DNA of 64,000 nt from Dehalococcoidia bacterium. GTDB taxonomy: Bacteria > Chloroflexota > Dehalococcoidia > Lucifugimonadales > UBA3495. Within the stretch, counting starts at the first letter, position 1; each line of letters starts with the position of its first letter. The position numbers and the translations under genes were made by a program. The notes under the pieces were generated by a model. That model saw nothing but the letters and a program-made list of their open reading frames with translations. It was not told the origin of the DNA and searched no databases. Location: NCBI GenBank assembly GCA_965207865.1, contig CBDBNP010000007.1:399935-463934 (forward strand), in the 5' to 3' direction. Below are positions 46,301 through 53,868 of the stretch, in pieces.

Positions 46301-46779
46301 ACCTCGACATCCCAGAAGGGCAGGCTGCGCACCAGTTCCGGAGACACTTCGAAGAATTTGGCCGCGAGGGTGCTGGACTTCCACGTTCCCTTGTACAGGC
46401 TGCGGCCCAGGCCCGCCCAGCGGGGGATGTACTGCGGCCTGAGGTTGGGCACGATGGCAACGCTGGACTTGAAGAACGCCACCGCCAGGGTGGGCGAGTC
46501 CTGGGCCAGGTAGGTGCCGCACCGGGCCCACTGCATGAAGGACGGGAACGACAGGAAGCGGCAAACTTCGGGGCTGACCTTGTAGTACTCGATCGCCGCC
46601 TCCCAGGACCGTATGGTCTGGGAGCCTATGGATACGCCCTCTTTGGCCCAGAGGACAACCTCATCGGGGCCAAAGGCGCTGCCCACGGCACCGACCGACT
46701 CCTGGTAGGCCTCGAGAACCGCCGGGGGCATCTTCGCCAGTTCCTGTTCTATCTCGGGTGTCGGAGCGCTGCTTGTCAA
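43384..46779 (-). CDS. 1131-aa CbbO/NorD-like protein with a C-terminal von Willebrand factor A domain
   Basis: C-terminal vWA domain with MIDAS DMSAS (aa 906-910; ...VAVVFLLDMSASTAE...FLVSDGRPQD). It has a long helical N-region and an extremely acidic segment at aa 638-795. It is the partner of the upstream CbbQ/NorQ-type AAA+ ATPase. Confidence 0.8.
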   Translation of the reverse strand: MTSSAPTPEIEQELAKMPPAVLEAYQESVGAVGSAFGPDEVVLWAKEGVSIGSQTIRSWEAAIEYYKVSPEVCRFLSFPSFMQWARCGTYLAQDSPTLAVAFFKSSVAIVPNLRPQYIPRWAGLGRSLYKGTWKSSTLAAKFFEVSPELVRSLPFWDVEVFASLIEALSYKSYDVASECLTLGKDVLPGMGREREPFLAMTRALIDTSWREVKTCLELVPRALQHVDEAQTGRFLKLGERLAKVGLRDTSRFLADGTQALGRVPQGNQGYILDLCDQLVAVAPEAVPPFLRSLDSVLNRITVSQLDTWYQHGMRLLQENPESGIAFFKIESNTSEQMLETLSSSLELDRVKGIIRLYCRALSGAGVEIMNSQELVRRNIGWVDEDTASTDGSKVFLPPVVDRYSNKQDNFSWFKVVSTHQVSRLEFGSFEFRFDDPATQFEDRRHAVEEEINAKRAEEQAARQAMIEMAREMAGGEADVEVTFMEVGPGGSTELMPQAMMPQENAGTIRAYTDIGRFLALFENGKLAFDLFTVLEDGRLDYRINVEYPGIRRAASRVQQDALDDRPPIEQMPLHQAMVELLVHMSLERFTGLPVPEGYEEVAEMLSRILHQLRTAEANVEDTAEATLRAYEIISRLPNQTEDEENWDEQDLEEPGDFNEEEYQDLVDRLQADMDQRGENQEGDESYESPEPVDYRGDFKPEMVQLLTRLQADSGDQDGEAQPMTQEMLEQLLQDSDELELDAEQGDITDAMTTFAQNIMKEAGAPPPNSQPGQGYGPLMHDDDSGGELETREPQTYLYDEWDFRANDYKPRWCIVKEKMVEEGDINFYQDSLKNYASLSAHIRRQFELIMPESMRKTYRLIDGEDLDLNATLEAWVDLKMNIPPDDKIYWHRNRNRRDVAVVFLLDMSASTAEAIDEGRQMVDDRDAPDDPVEYMVWLRRRREGLVRRNYKRIIDLEKESTALLVQALENIGDTYGIYGFSGYGRENVEFYVIKDITENFGDKVKRRIDKITPLHATRMGAAIRHAITKLENQDAHTKIMFLVSDGRPQDRGYSREGVEKEYAVHDTHMALVEARQQNITPFCLTVDKAGHDYLKSMCGDMGYEVLGDIWALPERLPMLYRELTARRFVRR

Positions 46780-47378
46780 TTCAGACCCTCGCTTTCCAGC
46801 CCGTCCTCCAAAAGCTGCAGGAATTGCTGGAGGATTCTTGCGGTTGCACCAAAGACCAGGTGCCTGCCGTAGGCGTAGGAGTGGACCGTGCTCGCCCCAT
46901 CCGCCTGCCAGTGAGTTTCAACGCGAATGCTGGATGCATCCAGCAAAGCACTTACGGGGAATTCAACAATCTCGGCGATCTCGTCGATGCTGGGGCGGAA
47001 ATGGTAAGGAGGCTCGATTGTGCCCGCAAACACGCTGACGCGAAACCGGGAACGCGTCGCCACCTCGTCCATTTCCCCAAGTACCGTGATGTCCTCCGGG
47101 CAGATGCCCATTTCCTCTTCGGTTTCCCTCAGGGCCGTATCCAGGGAGTCCTTGTCCTCCGGGTCCGTGGCCCCGCCGGGAAAGGATATCTCCCCCTTGT
47201 GATGCTCTACTTCCTGGGACCGCTTGTTCAGCAGCACCCAGTGGTCCCCATCCTTGGGATACAGGAGCACCATGACGGCAGCGGGCGTCAGGTCATCCCC
47301 GGCCACCCTGCTGGTGGTCCGGTTGGCCAGCGCCCGCTTGATCAGTTCCGGAGGCGTCAGGGTTGCCTCCTCTCCCAC
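46776..47378 (-). CDS. Nudix hydrolase, CoA pyrophosphatase-like
   Basis: Nudix box GGATDPEDKDSLDTALRETEEEMGI. The upstream string LLNKRSQEVEHHKGEISFPGG is close to the CoA-type Nudix signature (LLTxRSxxxxxxxGxxxFPGG). Its stop overlaps the vWA start in an ATGA. Confidence 0.8.
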   Translation of the reverse strand: MGEEATLTPPELIKRALANRTTSRVAGDDLTPAAVMVLLYPKDGDHWVLLNKRSQEVEHHKGEISFPGGATDPEDKDSLDTALRETEEEMGICPEDITVLGEMDEVATRSRFRVSVFAGTIEPPYHFRPSIDEIAEIVEFPVSALLDASSIRVETHWQADGASTVHSYAYGRHLVFGATARILQQFLQLLEDGLESEGLN

Positions 47379-47402
47379 TCCAGAATGCGACTCCTTGAGG
47401 TC

Positions 47403-48323
47403 TTACTCAAAAATGGAAGAAGTAACCTCTTCGAGACTGCGCTGCAGTTCGGGGTCGTCGGTCAGGGTCCAGACGATGGCGACCTGGCAGGCGCGGCGGG
47501 CGGGAATGCCCTCGGAAATAAGCCGGCCAGCGTAGATTAGCAGGCGGGTGCTGGCGCCTTCCTGCAGGCCGTGGTCTTCGAGGTTCCGGATCTTCTCACC
47601 CAGCTTGGCCAGGGAGTCGGCCTGCTCCTCGGTGCAACCGCTTTCAGACTGAATGATTTCCCGCTCGATTTCGCGGGGCGGGTAGTAGAATTCGATGGAG
47701 ATGAACCGCTGACGCGTGCTGTGCTTCAGGTCCTTCAGCGCACTCTGATAACCGGGGTTGTAGGAGATACAGAGCAGGAACCGGTCATCGGCCTCGATAA
47801 TCGATCCGGTCTTTTCCACCGGCAATATGCGCCGGTGGTCGGTGAGCGGGTGAATCAGCACTGTGGTGTCCTTACGGGCCTCGACAACCTCGTCAAGGTA
47901 CAGGATAGCCCCTGCCTTGACGGCTCGGGTCATCGGACCGTCGATCCAGCGAGTACCATCGGCATCCAGCAGGTAGCGGCCCACCAGGTCGCTGGCCGTG
48001 AGGTCTTCGTGGCAGGCGATGGTCACCAGCGGAACGCGAACCTCACCCTCACGGACTTCCTGTGATTGGTTGGCGGCGGCCTTGTCTTGTTCCTTTATTA
48101 CGGTGAGAGGGCGGCCCAGTTTCCAGGCCATGTACTCTACGAACCGGGTCTTGCCACATCCAGTCGGGCCCTTGAGCAGAACCGGGATGTGCTGCTGGTA
48201 AGCCGCGGCAAACAGCTCCATCTCGTCGCCGACGGCCCGGTAGTACGGCTCCGCCCGCACGAGGAACTCCTCGATCGCGTACTCACTGTAGTGTTGTACC
48301 TCTTGCTCTGCGGCTTCTACCAT
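47403..48323 (-). CDS. AAA+ ATPase, MoxR class, CbbQ/NirQ/NorQ/GvpN family
   Basis: Walker [12 protein letters not shown], Walker [33 protein letters not shown]. Confidence 0.9.
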   Translation of the reverse strand: MVEAAEQEVQHYSEYAIEEFLVRAEPYYRAVGDEMELFAAAYQQHIPVLLKGPTGCGKTRFVEYMAWKLGRPLTVIKEQDKAAANQSQEVREGEVRVPLVTIACHEDLTASDLVGRYLLDADGTRWIDGPMTRAVKAGAILYLDEVVEARKDTTVLIHPLTDHRRILPVEKTGSIIEADDRFLLCISYNPGYQSALKDLKHSTRQRFISIEFYYPPREIEREIIQSESGCTEEQADSLAKLGEKIRNLEDHGLQEGASTRLLIYAGRLISEGIPARRACQVAIVWTLTDDPELQRSLEEVTSSIFE

Positions 48324-48934
48324 TATGTCTGTTCAATCCTTTCTTTAACTCGGGTCGCCCACAACTCGTCGATCGCCTTTCGCATCGATTCGACGTCCTT
48401 AGAGTTGTCAATCACAAAGTCAGCTCGCTCAAGCCTTTCCTCCCGGCTCATCTGGGACGAGATACGCCGGCGGGCCTCCTCTTCATTCATTCCGTTCCGC
48501 TGTGCCAGTCGCTCTACCACCACCTCGACGGAAGAGTCGGTTACCCAGACTTCCTGCACCAGGGAGTTCCACCCCGCCTCAAAGAGCAGCGCGGCCTCCA
48601 CGACCACGGCCTCTGCGCCAGCCTCTCGATGTGCGTCTATATTCTCCTGCACCATTCCGGCCATCAGCGGGTGCATGATCCCATTGAGGCGGGCCAACTG
48701 GTCCGGGTCCGAGAAGACGATGGCGCCCAACGCTCGGCGGTCAATCTCGTTTTCCGGGCCTAAGACGCCCTCTCCGAAAGCCTCGACTACCTTGCGCCAT
48801 GCCTCGGCGTGCGGCCTGTAGGCTTCGTGGCCCACCACGTCAGCGTCGATGAGTTGCGCACCTAACGACACCAGATGCCTGGCGGCCTCGCTCTTGCCCG
48901 TCCCGATGCCACCTGTCAAGCCGATGACCAACAT
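48323..48934 (-). CDS. coaE: Dephospho-CoA kinase
   Basis: [16 protein letters not shown]-loop with IDADVVGHE. Its stop TAA shares one base with the ATG of the AAA+ gene (TAATG). Confidence 0.9.
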   Translation of the reverse strand: MLVIGLTGGIGTGKSEAARHLVSLGAQLIDADVVGHEAYRPHAEAWRKVVEAFGEGVLGPENEIDRRALGAIVFSDPDQLARLNGIMHPLMAGMVQENIDAHREAGAEAVVVEAALLFEAGWNSLVQEVWVTDSSVEVVVERLAQRNGMNEEEARRRISSQMSREERLERADFVIDNSKDVESMRKAIDELWATRVKERIEQT

Positions 48935-49159
48935 GTTTCCCGGTTTCACCGCCTGTCAGCACGCATCAACAATGGAAAAACACAAGATATCGCACCGTGC
49001 CATCAGCACGGCGCTTTAATACCTGCGAACAATTACCGCACAACGTGGCTCATTCTAACAATCACTCTCCGATATGGTCAACTTGAAACCCGGAACCTCG
49101 CCATCCGCGCACAGGCTTAAGGGGGTTCATAGATCGCGGGGGAGTTCAATGTGGCTCCG

Positions 49160-49918
49160 TTAATCAACGATGACGATGGGCCCCCGCTTGGACTCCCACA
49201 GGTCCTGCAGCTCGCGGAACAACCTGGCGTACTCGTCGGTTCCGATGGGGGTGGTGGTCATGATCACCGCGTCCTCGCGGTTGTCCGAGTAGTACCCCTT
49301 GCGGATGCCGACGGATTTGAAGCTGTATTTCTCGTAAAGGCGCTGGGCTATGAAATTGGACACCCTGGCCTCGAGAGTCATGACGTGGGAGCCGTATTCC
49401 CTGGCGGCCCTGAGGGATCCGATGAGCAGAAGCTCGCCGATCCCGTTGCCACGCATCGTCTCGCGGACGGCGATTTCGGTGATGTGGGCCTCGTCCCCCT
49501 GGTACCAGACACTGACATATCCGGCGATGGCCGGATCCTCCTCGTCCGGCGCCTCCACCTCCACGCCGCCAAAGCCAAGCCGCCCAGCCAATCTGGACAG
49601 CCAGGACTGCTCGGCCTCTACGTCTTGACCGGGCTGGGATTCCGGGTCGGGCCGTGGAGCGTCATTAGCCTGATCCAGGCAGGCTACCAGGTAGCAGGCC
49701 CGCTTGTTGTTGATGTCGCGCTTGAAGGGAGAACTTACCCAGGTGGGAGAAAAGGCTTCCCTTTCGATCTCCACAACCTCGGTAATGTCCTCTCTCTGAA
49801 GGCGGCGAAGATAAACGGAATGGGGCTGCGGCAAACCGTCCAATTCCCAACTAAAGAGGCAGGCAGCACGTGCACCCGCCACGATTTTGTGAATTGTAGC
49901 ACAAAGATACCCGCCCAA
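49160..49918 (-). CDS. rimI: GNAT N-acetyltransferase, RimI-like, with an acidic insertion
   Basis: ...IAVRETMRGNGIGELLL...RLYEKYSFKSVGIRKGYY... is the GNAT acetyl-CoA motif. There is an insertion of about 60 aa (DQANDAPRPDPESQPGQDVEAEQ...EAPDEEDP) between N-terminal strands. The start is uncertain. Confidence 0.7.
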   Translation of the reverse strand: MGGYLCATIHKIVAGARAACLFSWELDGLPQPHSVYLRRLQREDITEVVEIEREAFSPTWVSSPFKRDINNKRACYLVACLDQANDAPRPDPESQPGQDVEAEQSWLSRLAGRLGFGGVEVEAPDEEDPAIAGYVSVWYQGDEAHITEIAVRETMRGNGIGELLLIGSLRAAREYGSHVMTLEARVSNFIAQRLYEKYSFKSVGIRKGYYSDNREDAVIMTTTPIGTDEYARLFRELQDLWESKRGPIVIVD

Positions 49919-49960
49919 AAGACCATAGAGAGACGATTGACCGGGCCAACGCAGATCGCC

Positions 49961-51199
49961 TTATAGCACCCGCACGGTCCCATACTTCCCGTCGAATCCG
50001 GGCTCAACGGATACGAGTCCCCTGCGTGCCTTCAGGATGGCCTCAGCCACTGTCGCCCCGGCCACCTGCGTCAACGCGAACTCATCAGCCTTGGCCAGCA
50101 CCTCAAGCTCACTGCCCAGTTCGTCGCATAGCTGGCTGTAGACCCTCTGCACCCTCTTGGTCCTGGGCCCCGCCTCCAGTGTCCCGCCCAACAGTTCGGC
50201 CAGAGGGACCAGCCTCATAAAGGGAGGGCGTCCGCCCTTGTGCCGTATCAGACCATCCTCGCCCGGCTGGTAATTCGATTGGTCACCGATCACCCGATTC
50301 GCCAACGAAAGTACACGATGTAGCACACCTAGAGTCATGGGACGTCCGCATTCCGGACAAGCCGTGCTCGATTGTGCCAGCGTCTGATGGGGAGGCTGGC
50401 AAACGCCGCACTTGCGATGCCCATTGAGGTGGTATTTCCCCTCTTCGGGATAGAACTCCACCGTGTAGGCTATCTCGTTCTGCAGGATCGCCTTCTTGAG
50501 ACTCGGATACGTCGGCTTCCCCCTAAAGACAGTTGACTCGCGGCCCAGGTTGGGAAGGGAATGGGCGTCGGAAAATGAGACGATGGCCCGGCCGTCCATC
50601 TCCGGGATGGCCCAGTTCATGGCGGGGTCGCTGGACAGACCCGTCTCGACTGCCGCCACGAGGGGCGCCACATCGCCGAAGCACTCATCGAGACTGTCGA
50701 ACCCAGACACAGAACCCAGGATCCCGTACCACGGCGTCCAGATGTGAGCCGGGATGACCATTGCGTCGGGGTCCAGGTCCAGCGTCCTGGACGTCAGGTC
50801 CGCCGCGCTGACTTTTGCAGTCGGGCGGCCATCGCTCGCGAGCTTGGCACCGAGTCGCTCGAGTTCACCCACGAATCGTCGCACCGACTCGAACGATGTC
50901 AGATAAACAAGGAGGTGAATTCTCCTGGTTATGCCTCCCTGCTTGAAGACGCAACTGACTTCCGTACCGAGTACAAAATCCACGCCACAGTGCCGGTAGG
51001 TACCGTGGTCCACCTCTTCAAGCCCAGCCTCCAGTTCAGCCAACCAGGCCGGGTGCGTAAAGTCTCCGGTGGAGAGCAACTGAATGCCTTTGATCCGGGC
51101 CGTTTCAGCGATGCCGGACAGTGTCAGGTTCTTGCTGCAGGCGTAGGCATAGCGGGAATGTATGTGGAGATCGGCGATGAACTGGTCAGAGGTGGACAT
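49961..51199 (-). CDS. Endonuclease Q-like PHP-domain protein (TIGR00375-type)
   Basis: ADLHIHSRY...STGDFTHPAW, EFYPEEGKYHLNGHRKCG and the zinc-finger CPECGRPMTLGVLHRV match my recollection of EndoQ. Confidence 0.7.
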   Translation of the reverse strand: MSTSDQFIADLHIHSRYAYACSKNLTLSGIAETARIKGIQLLSTGDFTHPAWLAELEAGLEEVDHGTYRHCGVDFVLGTEVSCVFKQGGITRRIHLLVYLTSFESVRRFVGELERLGAKLASDGRPTAKVSAADLTSRTLDLDPDAMVIPAHIWTPWYGILGSVSGFDSLDECFGDVAPLVAAVETGLSSDPAMNWAIPEMDGRAIVSFSDAHSLPNLGRESTVFRGKPTYPSLKKAILQNEIAYTVEFYPEEGKYHLNGHRKCGVCQPPHQTLAQSSTACPECGRPMTLGVLHRVLSLANRVIGDQSNYQPGEDGLIRHKGGRPPFMRLVPLAELLGGTLEAGPRTKRVQRVYSQLCDELGSELEVLAKADEFALTQVAGATVAEAILKARRGLVSVEPGFDGKYGTVRVL

Positions 51200-51357
51200 G
51201 GGGCGAGTCTAGCACACAGCCGAAGCGACGAAACGAACGTTTTAGCCACCCTCGCAGGTGGTTCCTAATCCTGGCAGTGCATGAGTCTGGATCCGACCGC
51301 ATCGAATTGGCTGAATGGGGGTTGAGTCGGAAATACCAACGAGTAGGATCCTCACTA

Positions 51358-51393
51358 CGCAAAAACAGGGGCCCTCAGTTGAGGACCCCTGTT
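51358..51393 (-). terminator. Rho-independent terminator downstream of the 34-aa mini-ORF
   Basis: AACAGGGGCCCTCA/TGAGGACCCCTGTT (13/14 complementary). On the minus strand it is followed by TTTTTGCG. Confidence 0.7.
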
Positions 51394-51502
51394 CCAGCCT
51401 CGGGGCGTTGATCTCGTGGCCTCGCTGGCGCCGATTTCCGCTGGGGATAATCACGCCTCTTGGTCGCAGGGCATAGGACTCGCCCCTGCTGACCCGCTGT
51501 GT

Positions 51503-51607
51503 TTAGCGGGCTTGCCTGCGCCGCCTCCAGTAGCGGTAGCCGCCGTATGCGGCGACGGCCAGGGCTGCGGTTCCCAGGGCTATCCCGAGTTTCGCCTTCG
51601 TCGACAT
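51503..51607 (-). CDS. Unannotated 34-aa single-TM mini-protein (MSTKAKLGIALGTAALAVAAYGGYRYWRRRRQAR)
   Basis: GGAGG lies 8 nt upstream of the ATG. A hydrophobic helix is followed by an Arg-rich tail, and the ORF has its own terminator. It is below the ORF-track size cut-off. Confidence 0.45.
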   Translation of the reverse strand: MSTKAKLGIALGTAALAVAAYGGYRYWRRRRQAR

Positions 51608-51817
51608 GGTTCGTACCTCCTTTTCTGAACCTTCGCGACCGGCGGAGTTGCTCTCGCACTCGCCAGTCATCGTCGCGCATCAATCAGTGTGTCTGTATTA
51701 GTTATACCAATAAATATTATACTTGTCAAGGGTGTGAATGAATTCACAATATGGTGTATATCAAACGTTGATGCTGACACCCCTCTTTTCGCTCCGGTCG
51801 ACTTGCCAGAGTCCCGC

Positions 51818-51846
51818 TTGACCGGCAACGAGGCCAGATTTATCCT
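51818..51846 (+). promoter_or_regulatory. Candidate promoter for groEL (TTGACC-17 nt-TATCCT)
   Basis: Located in the AT-rich 309-bp region upstream of groEL. No CIRCE-like inverted repeat was seen. Confidence 0.25.
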
Positions 51847-51916
51847 GTATGGCGTAAGAATTCGCAATTTGGCTGTCTTATACACCTTTCATCTTTAGTG
51901 GAGGAGCGAATCAAGA

Positions 51917-53524
51917 ATGCCAGCCAAGCATATTATTAGCGACGAGGAAGCGCAGCAGGCGCTGCTGAAAGGCATCTCCATGGTGTCGAACGCCGTTGGC
52001 AGGACACTGGGACCCAAGGGCAGGAACGTCGCCGTGGAAAAGAAATGGGGCGCTCCGGTCATCACCAACGACGGAGTAACCATTGCGAAGGAAGTGGAAT
52101 TGCCCGAATCCTTCGAAAATATGGGCGCTCAACTAATCAAGGAAGCAGCCAGCAAGACCAATGACGTGGCCGGCGACGGGACCACCACCGCCACCGTCCT
52201 GGCCCACCACATCGTCCGGGACGGCATGAGGAACGTTGCCGCCGGCGCCGACCCCATGGCCATCAAGCGGGGCCTCGACAAGTGCGTGGCCGCGCTGGTG
52301 AAAGAACTGGCGGGCATCTCCACCCCGGTACAGGGGCGGGACCAGATGGCCCAGGTCGCCACCATATCGGCCAACGACAGCGAGGTTGGCAACATGCTGG
52401 CTGACGTGCTCGAACAGGTGGGCGCCGAGGGCGTGGTTACCATCGAAGAGGGCAAGGGCATCGAGTCGGAGACCGAATTCGTCGAGGGCATGAACTTCGA
52501 CCGCGGCTACATCAGCCCCTACTTCGTCACCAACCCGGAGCGGATGGAGTCGATCATCGAGAGCCCCCACATCCTGGTAACCGACAAGAAGATCTCCTCG
52601 GCAGCGGAACTGGTGCCGGTGCTCGAGAGCGCCCTGCAAGTCACCCGCAACCTGGTGGTGATCGCCGAGGATGTGGAAAGCGAGGCCCTGGCAGTTCTGG
52701 TGGTCAACAAGCTGCGCGGCACCATCAACTGCCTGGCGGTCAAGGCGCCGGGATTCGGCGATCGACGCAAGGCCATGCTGGAGGACATCGCCATCCTGAC
52801 CGGCGCAGAGGTAGTGTCGGAGGAGCGGGGACGCCGGCTGGACCAGGCCACCGTCGCCGACCTCGGCCAGGCCCGCCGCATAGAGACCACCAAGGACCGC
52901 ACTACCATCGTGGGCGGAGCCGGCGAGGATACGATGATCAAGGGCCGTATCGAGCAGATTCGCGTCCTCATCGAGGAGACCACCTCCGAGTACGACAAGG
53001 AAAAGCTGCAGGAGCGGCTGGCGAAGCTCTCCGGCGGTGTCGCGGTGGTCAAGGTCGGGGCACCCACCGAGCCCGAACTGAAGAACCGCAAGGCCCGCGT
53101 CGAGGACGCGCTGTCGGCCACCCGTGCCGCCGTTGAAGAGGGCATCGTCCCCGGAGGTGGCGTGGCCTACGTTAGGGCTCTATCGGCCCTGGACAGCGTG
53201 AGCCTGACGGGCGACGAAGCAGTGGGTCGGAGCGTCCTCAGGGGAGCGCTGCAGGAACCCGTCCGCATCATCGCCCGCAACGCCGGAGCCGAGCCGGCGG
53301 TCGTGGTGGACGAGGTCAGCCGCAACAGCGAGCGCAACTACGGCTTCGATGCTGCCACCGGCGATTACGGAGACCTGGTGGCCAGGGGCATCATCGACCC
53401 CACGAAGGTCTCGCGGTCTGCCCTCGAGAACGCGTCCAGCGTGGCTGGCATGATACTGACCACCTACTCCCTGATTACCCAGGAAGAGGAAGAGGAACAC
53501 GACCACCACGGTCATCACCACTAG
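51917..53524 (+). CDS. groL: Chaperonin GroEL (Cpn60) with a His-rich C-terminal tail
   Basis: ...[28 protein letters not shown]...[12 protein letters not shown]... The C-terminus is [13 protein letters not shown] instead of GGM repeats. No groES is adjacent. Confidence 0.95.
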   Translation: MPAKHIISDEEAQQALLKGISMVSNAVGRTLGPKGRNVAVEKKWGAPVITNDGVTIAKEVELPESFENMGAQLIKEAASKTNDVAGDGTTTATVLAHHIVRDGMRNVAAGADPMAIKRGLDKCVAALVKELAGISTPVQGRDQMAQVATISANDSEVGNMLADVLEQVGAEGVVTIEEGKGIESETEFVEGMNFDRGYISPYFVTNPERMESIIESPHILVTDKKISSAAELVPVLESALQVTRNLVVIAEDVESEALAVLVVNKLRGTINCLAVKAPGFGDRRKAMLEDIAILTGAEVVSEERGRRLDQATVADLGQARRIETTKDRTTIVGGAGEDTMIKGRIEQIRVLIEETTSEYDKEKLQERLAKLSGGVAVVKVGAPTEPELKNRKARVEDALSATRAAVEEGIVPGGGVAYVRALSALDSVSLTGDEAVGRSVLRGALQEPVRIIARNAGAEPAVVVDEVSRNSERNYGFDAATGDYGDLVARGIIDPTKVSRSALENASSVAGMILTTYSLITQEEEEEHDHHGHHH

Positions 53525-53532
53525 GGATCACA

Positions 53533-53559
53533 GCCTCCGGGATTCATCGAACCGGAGGC
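53533..53559 (+). other. Intercistronic stem-loop between groEL and the Zn-ribbon mini-ORF
   Basis: Perfect 8-bp stem GCCTCCGG...CCGGAGGC with an 11-nt loop, followed by GAAAATTATTTC. It may be a partial terminator or an RNA-processing/stability element. Confidence 0.3.
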
Positions 53560-53593
53560 GAAAATTATTTCAGAAACGGCTGAGGTGATTTTG

Positions 53594-53707
53594 ATGATTT
53601 TCTCGATGATGGTCACAGTGTGGACTTGCGACAAGTGCGGATACGAGAACGGCCCTATGCGGGACGTGTTCTGTGGCGGTTGCGGCAATCGCCGCCCCGG
53701 GTGGTAG
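53594..53707 (+). CDS. 37-aa zinc-ribbon mini-protein (RanBP2-type-like WxCxxC...CxxC)
   Basis: MIFSMMVTVWTCDKCGYENGPMRDVFCGGCGNRRPGW. GAGGTGA lies 5 nt upstream of the ATG. It is followed by a strong terminator and is not in the ORF track. Confidence 0.5.
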   Translation: MIFSMMVTVWTCDKCGYENGPMRDVFCGGCGNRRPGW

Positions 53708-53746
53708 CCCCAAGCCGCATCCCCTGTCCAGGTAGACAACAACAAG

Positions 53747-53779
53747 AACGGGCTGGTAGATCCAGCCCGTTTCTCTTTG
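53747..53779 (+). terminator. Rho-independent terminator after groEL and the mini-ORF
   Basis: Perfect 10-bp stem AACGGGCTGG-TAGAT-CCAGCCCGTT followed by TCTCTTTGG. Confidence 0.75.
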
Positions 53780-53868
53780 GAAGCTACTTGTTTTGCCTCA
53801 CAGTAGTGTCACCGTAAGTTGACCTTTGTCCGTAATTCAGGGCAGTGGCTTGCGGGGCTATTCGGAGC

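Noticed and set aside
51608-51916. Searched the groEL upstream region for a CIRCE (HrcA) or HAIR-type operator. I noticed the palindrome GTGAAT-GA-ATTCAC at 51734-51747.
   Set aside because: There is no match to TTAGCACTC-N9-GAGTGCTAA. The 14-bp palindrome contains an EcoRI-type core and has no known regulatory assignment. It is not reported as a feature and is mentioned only here.
53620-53817. 65-aa ORF from the track downstream of groEL.
   Set aside because: It lies in a different frame from the Zn-ribbon mini-ORF, which has a proper RBS and a CxxC...CxxC pattern. The 65-aa frame runs through the terminator hairpin and has Arg/Pro-rich junk composition.
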